Origin: a virus
Lineage: Duplodnaviria > Heunggongvirae > Uroviricota > Caudoviricetes
DNA: 64,000 bases
Reading direction: 5' to 3' (one strand)
IMG/VR virus record: IMGVR_UViG_3300043410_001642
Span: 41,120 to 105,119 of that record
The position numbers and the translations under genes are program-made. The notes beneath the pieces were generated by a model. The model was not told where the DNA came from and did not search any database. It saw only the letters and a list, made by a program, of their open reading frames with translations. Shown piece after piece: positions 58,698-64,000 of the stretch (positions are counted from its first letter, which is position 1; each line of letters opens with the position of its first letter).

Positions 58698-58769
58698 GGC
58701 TCTATGGTGTAATGGATAGCACCTTTGACTACGGATCAAAAAGTAAGGGTTCGAATCCTTTTGGAGCTA
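58698..58769 (+). tRNA. tRNA-Arg (ACG)
   Basis: Acceptor GGCTCTA/TGGAGCT (2 G-U), anticodon stem-loop TTTGA-CTACGGA-TCAAA, T-arm AAGGGTTCGAATCCTTT. Confidence 0.8.
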
Positions 58770-58776
58770 CAAATAA

Positions 58777-58847
58777 GGTCGGTTGTCCGAGCGGCTAGGT
58801 GGAGCACTGCAAACGCTTTTAGATAGGTTCAACTCCTATACTGACCT
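58777..58847 (+). ncRNA. degenerate tRNA-like element (no canonical anticodon arm)
   Basis: 7-bp acceptor GGTCGGT/ACTGACC, D-arm TCCGAGCGGCTAGGTGGA, T-arm ATAGGTTCAACTCCTAT, but the 19-nt middle segment cannot form a 5-bp/7-nt anticodon stem-loop. Confidence 0.3.
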
Positions 58848-58918
58848 CAACCGGTGAAGGATACTGGATGTATCGCCTGGCATTAGAGCTGGGAAAGTGG
58901 TTCGATTCCACATTTTAT

Positions 58919-58986
58919 TGCGGGGAGAGAGGTTTCCCACCGGTCTCATAAGCCGAGTGTTCTAGGTTCGATTCCTAGCCCCGCAA
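58919..58986 (+). tRNA. tRNA (CAT), short D-arm; Met or Ile2(lysidine)
   Basis: Perfect acceptor TGCGGGG/CCCCGCA, loop CTCATAA, T-arm CTAGGTTCGATTCCTAG; only 68 nt. Confidence 0.55.
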
Positions 58987-58991
58987 CATAT

Positions 58992-59063
58992 GGTGTTTAT
59001 TGTGTAAGGGTAGCACGACAGATTGTGGTTCTGTTAGTATGGGTTCGAATCCCATTATTCACC
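58992..59063 (+). tRNA. tRNA-His (GTG) with G-1
   Basis: Anticodon stem-loop ACAGA-TTGTGGT-TCTGT, T-arm ATGGGTTCGAATCCCAT, discriminator C; acceptor GTGTTTA/TATTCAC has two T-T mismatches. Confidence 0.6.
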
Positions 59064-59069
59064 CCAAAT

Positions 59070-59159
59070 AGAGAGTTACCCAAGTTGGTGAAGGGGCCTC
59101 ATTGCTAACGAGGTAGGTCGGATAAAACCGGCGCAAGAGTTCGAACCTCTTACTCTCTA
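59070..59159 (+). tRNA. tRNA-Ser (GCT), class II
   Basis: Acceptor AGAGAGT/ACTCTCT, anticodon stem-loop CCTCA-TTGCTAA-CGAGG, long variable arm, T-arm AAGAGTTCGAACCTCTT. Confidence 0.85.
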
Positions 59160-59167
59160 CTGAAAAT

Positions 59168-59241
59168 GTCCGTATGGCGTAATTGGCAACCGCACTGGTC
59201 TTAGAAACCAGTTTGTGTAGGTTCGAATCCTACTATGGACA
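59168..59241 (+). tRNA. tRNA with Leu anticodon TAG but class-I (short variable arm) architecture
   Basis: Acceptor GTCCGTA/TATGGAC, anticodon stem-loop CTGGT-CTTAGAA-ACCAG, 5-nt variable region TTTGT, T-arm GTAGGTTCGAATCCTAC, discriminator A. Confidence 0.6.
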
Positions 59242-59279
59242 CTTAAAAACGAAATTGTTAATATGTAAAAATAAAGTAT

Positions 59280-59735
59280 ATGGAATACAAAAGGCTATAC
59301 GATGGAGAAAAAGTAAATCTAATACAATATGTAGGGGATTACTTAACAACAAAAGAAAATGTAGAAATACTGATTGGTTGTGATTCACAAAACTTTTCCG
59401 ATAAAACTATCTATGCCATTGTTGTAGCCCTATACGATAAAGGTAAAGGAGCACATGTTTTATATAAGAAATGGAAAACTGATAGAGAATGGACAAGAAA
59501 TATCAGATTACTAAACGAAGTGTGGTATGCAGTAGAAGTTGCAGAGGCAATGAAAGCAGCAGGATTACCAAAAGTTAAATGGATTGATATTGATATTAAC
59601 CCAGACCCAAGATACAAATCAAATGAAGTGTTAAGACAAGCAGTTGGTATGGTAGAAGGAATGGGATATAAAGTGAGATACAAAACATTAGGCCCAATTG
59701 CAACATATTGTGCTGACCATTTGGTAAAATTATAG
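59280..59735 (+). CDS. hypothetical protein
   Basis: 151-aa ORF between tRNA groups. Confidence 0.4.
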   Translation: MEYKRLYDGEKVNLIQYVGDYLTTKENVEILIGCDSQNFSDKTIYAIVVALYDKGKGAHVLYKKWKTDREWTRNIRLLNEVWYAVEVAEAMKAAGLPKVKWIDIDINPDPRYKSNEVLRQAVGMVEGMGYKVRYKTLGPIATYCADHLVKL

Positions 59736-59756
59736 AGAAAAGTTTTGGATATATCA

Positions 59757-59782
59757 GATAATTTTCGTATATTTGTAATGTT
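59757..59782 (+). promoter_or_regulatory. partial copy of promoter repeat (TTTTCGTATATTTGTAATG) immediately upstream of ATG 59783
   Basis: Shares TCGTATATTTGTAA core with 55.1-55.7 kb repeats. Confidence 0.4.
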
Positions 59783-60208
59783 ATGAGAATAAAAGGTTGG
59801 GATAAATTAAGATATCAATTTGTAGCAGTTGCTGGTGCTAAATTAGTTATTGATTCAACCTGGTCGGTAGATAATAGTGAAGACAAAAAGGTTACTTATG
59901 TTTTAACTCTATGTGATTCTGATAATGTTGGAGAAGATTTAATAAAGGTAATGTTGGCAGAAGGGATTGGGGATGAATTTCATATGACAGTGGAATTGCT
60001 TCCTCAACAAATAACACCAAACATTAAAAGGGTCTTTAGAAGAAAAGACCTGATAGATATGAGAGGATTTTTGAATGATATGTTAGTGGAATTGAGTAAA
60101 AATGGTATGATATATAGTTATCTATCATTGGTTGGGGATATTCAGACACAAAGGGTGATGAATGCTCCTTCTATGAATACATTTTCATCTCATTCATTTA
60201 ATCCATAA
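59783..60208 (+). CDS. hypothetical protein
   Basis: 141-aa ORF. Confidence 0.4.
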   Translation: MRIKGWDKLRYQFVAVAGAKLVIDSTWSVDNSEDKKVTYVLTLCDSDNVGEDLIKVMLAEGIGDEFHMTVELLPQQITPNIKRVFRRKDLIDMRGFLNDMLVELSKNGMIYSYLSLVGDIQTQRVMNAPSMNTFSSHSFNP

Positions 60209-60210
60209 TT

Positions 60211-60282
60211 GCAGCTATGGACTAGGGGTTAGGTCACATCCCTTTCACGGATGTAGCACGGGTTCGAATCCCGTTAGCTGTA
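60211..60282 (+). tRNA. tRNA-Glu (TTC)
   Basis: Acceptor GCAGCTA/TAGCTGT, anticodon stem-loop CATCC-CTTTCAC-GGATG, T-arm ACGGGTTCGAATCCCGT. Confidence 0.85.
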
Positions 60283-60380
60283 CAAGACATACATCACATT
60301 CGGTCAAGCCACATTGAGCCGTTAGTGTATGGAATAGGTAAGAGAGAGGTGGTGGCTGGAACATCTCTCTTACTACAACT

Positions 60381-60453
60381 GCCGGAGTAGCTCAATTGGT
60401 AGAGCAACTGATTTGTAATCAGTAGGTTGCGGGTTCGAGTCCCATCTCTGGCT
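60381..60453 (+). tRNA. tRNA-Thr (TGT)
   Basis: Acceptor GCCGGAG/CTCTGGC, anticodon stem-loop ACTGA-TTTGTAA-TCAGT, T-loop TTCGAGT. Confidence 0.8.
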
Positions 60454-60524
60454 CAAGTGGATTCATCAGTTGATGAAAACCAATCGGGGGTTGTCCCACT
60501 AGAATGGAAACATCCCCTGCAACC

Positions 60525-60598
60525 GGTGCTTTGGTGTAGAGGCCTAACATGCTTCCCTGTCACGGAAGAGACCACGAGTTCGAATCTCGTAAGCACCG
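60525..60598 (+). tRNA. tRNA-Asp (GTC)
   Basis: Acceptor GGTGCTT/AAGCACC, anticodon stem-loop CTTCC-CTGTCAC-GGAAG, T-arm ACGAGTTCGAATCTCGT. Confidence 0.85.
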
Positions 60599-60611
60599 CA
60601 GTATTTTTTTT

Positions 60612-60685
<74 letters not shown>

Positions 60686-60704
60686 CTAACCAAATGTTAT
60701 ATTT

Positions 60705-61106
60705 ATGAGTTTTATTAACTTTCTATTTGTAATTAATTTGTTTATTCCGAATGAAACTGGCGAAGGAGCAGATTTCACTGATTCGTATGAAGTAATGGAA
60801 GTAACCGCTACAACATACACTCCTTCAGTAAGAGAAACGGATTCAACACCATTAGTTACTGCAAGTGGATTTAAGATTAACCCAAAGAGAGCAAAGCAAC
60901 ATCGTATTATTGCGGTGAGCAGAGATTTGAAACGAAAGTATAAGTTCGGAACAAGGGTTAAAATCAGTGGTGCAGGAAAGTACAGTGGGGAGTATGTAGT
61001 GAGAGATGTAATGAATAAAAGATACAAAAAAAGAATTGATATCTTAATTGGTAGAAAAGATAAACAAACTAAATTTAAGAATGTAAAAATTCGTAAGGTT
61101 AGTTAA
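60705..61106 (+). CDS. 3D-domain (MltA/YuiC-like) protein
   Basis: N-terminal hydrophobic segment; TATTYTPSVRETDSTPLVTASG...IAVS...GTRV...GEYVVRDV resembles 3D-domain double-psi barrel proteins. Confidence 0.45.
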   Translation: MSFINFLFVINLFIPNETGEGADFTDSYEVMEVTATTYTPSVRETDSTPLVTASGFKINPKRAKQHRIIAVSRDLKRKYKFGTRVKISGAGKYSGEYVVRDVMNKRYKKRIDILIGRKDKQTKFKNVKIRKVS

Positions 61107-61112
61107 TCTAAT

Positions 61113-61197
61113 AGGCGTGTGGCGTAATGGTAGCCGCGAGAGACTTAAAATCTCTTGTTCAGTAATGAGCGTGCCGGTTCGAATCCGGCCATGCCTA
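61113..61197 (+). tRNA. tRNA-Leu (TAA), class II
   Basis: Acceptor AGGCGTG/CATGCCT, anticodon stem-loop AGAGA-CTTAAAA-TCTCT, long variable arm, T-arm GCCGGTTCGAATCCGGC. Confidence 0.85.
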
Positions 61198-61305
61198 CTA
61201 AAAAACATGGAAGGTGTAATGAAGTGCATTGCCTAACATCGTTAGGAGGAGTAGGTTTGATTCCTACAAAATGTTTTTTTATTTTCAACTCATTAATAAA
61301 TTAGT

Positions 61306-61875
61306 ATGTTAAGAGAATTTAAATTAAATTGGACATTAGATTCTAACTTAAATGATGTAGATGAAAAGGATAAAATCATATATCAGTTGATTGAAGAAAC
61401 TGCTAACGATTCAAATTCATCTAAATTTAGAGAAGATGTTACTAAATGGATTGTTGGATTGGAAGCATCTGAAGGTAAACATGGATATGATGATGATTTT
61501 GAAGCAATTGAAGTAAAGCCGAAAAACTTTACTGGAAAAACAAAATTAAATGGAGGTGGTCAATTTACTGATTTTACTTGGAAAAGAGATGAAAAATATT
61601 CTAATGATAAAGTTGTAATGATGGTTAGTGGATTTTGTTATGGTAAATTAGTGTTCGTAGTTGAATTTAAATATGAAGATATTAAAAGTAAAATACAATC
61701 TAAATTAAGCAGAATTCTTCCAGATGGAGATTTGCCAAATAGATATGTTCGTTCTGCTAGTTTTTCATATTTAGATTGGAAGAATTCATTTGAATTGAAA
61801 TATATTTCACCAAATTTTGAATCATTCAAACATAGTATGGTAGTTGGATTATATAATTTATTAAGTAACAAATGA
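61306..61875 (+). CDS. hypothetical protein (possible partner of downstream methyltransferase)
   Basis: 189-aa ORF overlapping MTase start by 4 nt. Confidence 0.4.
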   Translation: MLREFKLNWTLDSNLNDVDEKDKIIYQLIEETANDSNSSKFREDVTKWIVGLEASEGKHGYDDDFEAIEVKPKNFTGKTKLNGGGQFTDFTWKRDEKYSNDKVVMMVSGFCYGKLVFVVEFKYEDIKSKIQSKLSRILPDGDLPNRYVRSASFSYLDWKNSFELKYISPNFESFKHSMVVGLYNLLSNK

Positions 61876-62882
61876 TAGAGAAATTTTTAAATATAAAAAA
61901 TAGTTTAAGAAATTTATCGGAAGAAGAATTTGAATCATTGTTGCCGATATTAGCAAATGAATTAGAATCCGTAAATTATATACCAATATTTTCTGACAAA
62001 GATTTATATGATGATTGGATGAAATTAGTTGGGTGGAATTCAAATGTGAACTCAATTGCATCTGCTCAAAGAATTGGTATGAAATTATGTGAACATTTTT
62101 TTCCTAATTTCTATGATATAGAGAATAAAAAAGGAGATTCTTTTAAAACACTATGGAAATCTGATAAATTAGGTAAAATATTAAAATGGAATCGTAGCTC
62201 ACATACAACTCCATATCTTTCAGAGTTAAAGCGTGGTATATATTTTAATTATGGGTTAGCAAAATCAACTATGTATAGACCACAAATGGCTAAAATGGTT
62301 GTTAGTAATTTGGGAGCAAAGAGAGTATTAGACCCTTGTGCTGGTTGGGGTGGTAGAATGTTAGGAACAATTTCAGCTGGGGCTGAATATGTAGCATTTG
62401 AACCAAATACCGAAACATATAAAGGTTTATTGAGATTGGTAAAGTTTTTGAATATAGAAGATAAAGTAAGAATTGTAAATGATTCTGCTTTGGAAATGAA
62501 TAAATATGATATTGGTGAATTTGATTTGGTATTAACATCACCACCATATTTTGATTTAGAAGTTTATTCTCATGAAGATACTCAATCGGTAAAAGGATGT
62601 GATACTTATTCAATGTGGGTTAATAATTTTCTAAAACCATTGATTGAATTGGCAATATCACATATGAAAGAAGATGGTTGGAGTTGCTGGAATGTTCATA
62701 ATGTTGGTAAAATGAAAATGATTGATGATATAAAAGAAATACACGATGAATACAAAACTCAAAGAGTATTTTCAATAACATCATCAAAAAGACAGACAAA
62801 CCAAACTGATTCCGAAAAAAAGAATAAAGATGTAACAATATGTTATTCTAAATCGGAGAAAAGAGAAAATATATTTTTTTAA
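61872..62882 (+). CDS. DNA amino-methyltransferase (N6-adenine or N4-cytosine)
   Basis: AdoMet motif I VLDPCAGWGGRMLG and catalytic motif IV LTSPPYFD. Confidence 0.7.
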   Translation: MIEKFLNIKNSLRNLSEEEFESLLPILANELESVNYIPIFSDKDLYDDWMKLVGWNSNVNSIASAQRIGMKLCEHFFPNFYDIENKKGDSFKTLWKSDKLGKILKWNRSSHTTPYLSELKRGIYFNYGLAKSTMYRPQMAKMVVSNLGAKRVLDPCAGWGGRMLGTISAGAEYVAFEPNTETYKGLLRLVKFLNIEDKVRIVNDSALEMNKYDIGEFDLVLTSPPYFDLEVYSHEDTQSVKGCDTYSMWVNNFLKPLIELAISHMKEDGWSCWNVHNVGKMKMIDDIKEIHDEYKTQRVFSITSSKRQTNQTDSEKKNKDVTICYSKSEKRENIFF

Positions 62883-62884
62883 AT

Positions 62885-62958
62885 GGGGATGTAGTTCAGT
62901 TGGCTAGAACGCTTGATTTGCATTCAAGAGGTCGTGGGTTCGACTCCCTCCATCTCCA
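62885..62958 (+). tRNA. tRNA-Ala (TGC)
   Basis: Acceptor GGGGATG/CATCTCC with G3-U70, anticodon stem-loop CTTGA-TTTGCAT-TCAAG, T-loop TTCGACT. Confidence 0.8.
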
Positions 62959-63139
62959 CATATGCCAGAGTGGCGGAAAGAATAGTTTGAATTCGAATAA
63001 AAACTATTAGACGTCCCGTAATTCTAGAAAGGTGGTGTATCCGAAATGGACATCGTGTGAGTAACCAATCTCTCCTCTGGCACCTTATTTATCGTTGAAA
63101 GAAACGATAAAGTTAATTATCGTTAATATTAACGATTAA

Positions 63140-63213
63140 GGGCTTGTAGCTCATTCGGTTAGAGCAACGCACTCATAATGCGGAGGTAATAGGTTCGATT
63201 CCTATCTGGCCCA
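63140..63213 (+). tRNA. tRNA (CAT), elongator Met or Ile2
   Basis: D-arm TAGCTCATTCGGTTAGAGC, loop CTCATAA, T-arm ATAGGTTCGATTCCTAT; acceptor GGGCTTG/CTGGCCC with one mismatch. Confidence 0.7.
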
Positions 63214-63291
63214 CAAACTAAGTGGTTAAAATAGTGGGCATCCGATGGAGTGCCGAAAAGAGAATAGGTGTTTTCTATCCATCATTTTTAA

Positions 63292-63363
63292 GCAGATGTC
63301 GTATAATGGTCATTACTCCTTCCTTCCAAGTAGGAGACGTAGGTTCGATTCCTATCATCTGCT
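63292..63363 (+). tRNA. tRNA-Gly (TCC)
   Basis: Acceptor GCAGATG/CATCTGC, anticodon loop CTTCCAA (stem CCTTC/GTAGG with one T-T), T-arm GTAGGTTCGATTCCTAT. Confidence 0.6.
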
Positions 63364-63444
63364 CAACTCAAGTACCCATACCGCTAACGATGGGCTAAGT
63401 AAGATACAATTCCGTACTGCGGGGAGTAGAATGCTTGAGATTAT

Positions 63445-63515
63445 TGCCCGATGGTGTAGCGGTAGCACAAATGTTTTTGGTGCATTTAGGGTTGGTTCGA
63501 ATCCAGCTCGGGTAA
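63445..63515 (+). tRNA. tRNA-Gln (TTG)
   Basis: Acceptor TGCCCGA/TCGGGTA, anticodon stem-loop AATGT-TTTTGGT-GCATT, T-arm GTTGGTTCGAATCCAGC. Confidence 0.7.
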
Positions 63516-63629
63516 CATTTCCCATAAGTCATTGATTCTTAATGACATATTTCATTAAAATAACTTCATTTTTATTTGGAAAATTCAAATGTTTTTCCTA
63601 TCTTTACTATGTAATAAAAGATAAGAAAT

Positions 63630-63956
63630 ATGAATAACATTAATTGGATTAATTCCGAAGAAATCCTTAAAGAAGTATCGGAGATTGGTAATTTCAAAGG
63701 TAGTATTGATAATATGTCTGGCACTTTGGAATGGTATGATAAAGAAAGAGAACTTAGTATTTACGCCACTCCAAATTGGGATGGTAATGATGGAGAAGTT
63801 CCGTTTGATGTGATGTATGGTGATGATGATTATCACGTTTGTACAATTAAAATGGTGAAGGGTAGTAAATCCGAACAATATATTCACTATTTGAATGTAT
63901 TGATGATGATTATGAATCACTACAATGGATATCCAAAGTATGAACCAAAATACTAA
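63630..63956 (+). CDS. hypothetical protein
   Basis: 108-aa ORF preceded by the same conserved leader as 51608. Confidence 0.4.
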   Translation: MNNINWINSEEILKEVSEIGNFKGSIDNMSGTLEWYDKERELSIYATPNWDGNDGEVPFDVMYGDDDYHVCTIKMVKGSKSEQYIHYLNVLMMIMNHYNGYPKYEPKY

Positions 63957-64000
63957 TTGAAATGAGAACTGATATAAGTAAAGAATTAAGACAACTACAA

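Noticed and set aside
59168-59241. Amber-suppressor tRNA interpretation of the TAG-anticodon tRNA
   Set aside because: Anticodon 5'-TAG-3' pairs with CUA (Leu), not with UAG. A suppressor would need CTA.
63245-63535. + strand ORF of 96 aa
   Set aside because: Overlaps tRNA-Gly and tRNA-Gln. No start context. Spurious.

Overview
The window is AT-rich (about 30-35% GC) and very gene-dense. All roughly 90 credible ORFs lie on the + strand, many with ATGA or TAATG stop/start overlaps. Only spurious-looking ORFs occur on the - strand. Intergenic regions carry Bacteroidetes-type -7 promoter boxes (TAnnTTTG) and clean rho-independent terminators. An ~8 kb island (55.2-63.5 kb) holds about 23 tRNA genes with no encoded CCA and several degenerate tRNA-like pieces. 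It is preceded by an array of promoter-bearing direct repeats and a ~1.5 kb ORF-free segment bounded by a promoter and a terminator. Together this fits a large (jumbo-type) phage or phage-like element of a Bacteroidetes (Flavobacteriia-like) host much better than ordinary chromosome. Recognisable products: two SusC-like TonB-dependent receptors, a secreted C-type-lectin protein, an endolysin (PG-binding + GH19), an NlpC/P60 peptidase, a 3D-domain protein, a vWA protein plus a MoxR-like AAA+ ATPase (CobT/CobS-like pair), an SPFH protein, a ferredoxin, a 2OG-Fe(II) oxygenase, IscU and IscA flanking a secreted non-specific nuclease, a P-loop kinase, an amino-DNA methyltransferase, and a 9 kb glycan-modification island (two GT10-like glycosyltransferases, a radical SAM enzyme, an HldE-like sugar kinase, several SGNH/GDSL-like paralogs). 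The most novel candidates are the ORF-free putative large ncRNA with its promoter-repeat array, the expanded glycosylation island, the vWA/MoxR operon with a duplicated 58-bp promoter, and the iron / Fe-S auxiliary gene set. All product calls rest on motif recognition by eye. No database search was run.
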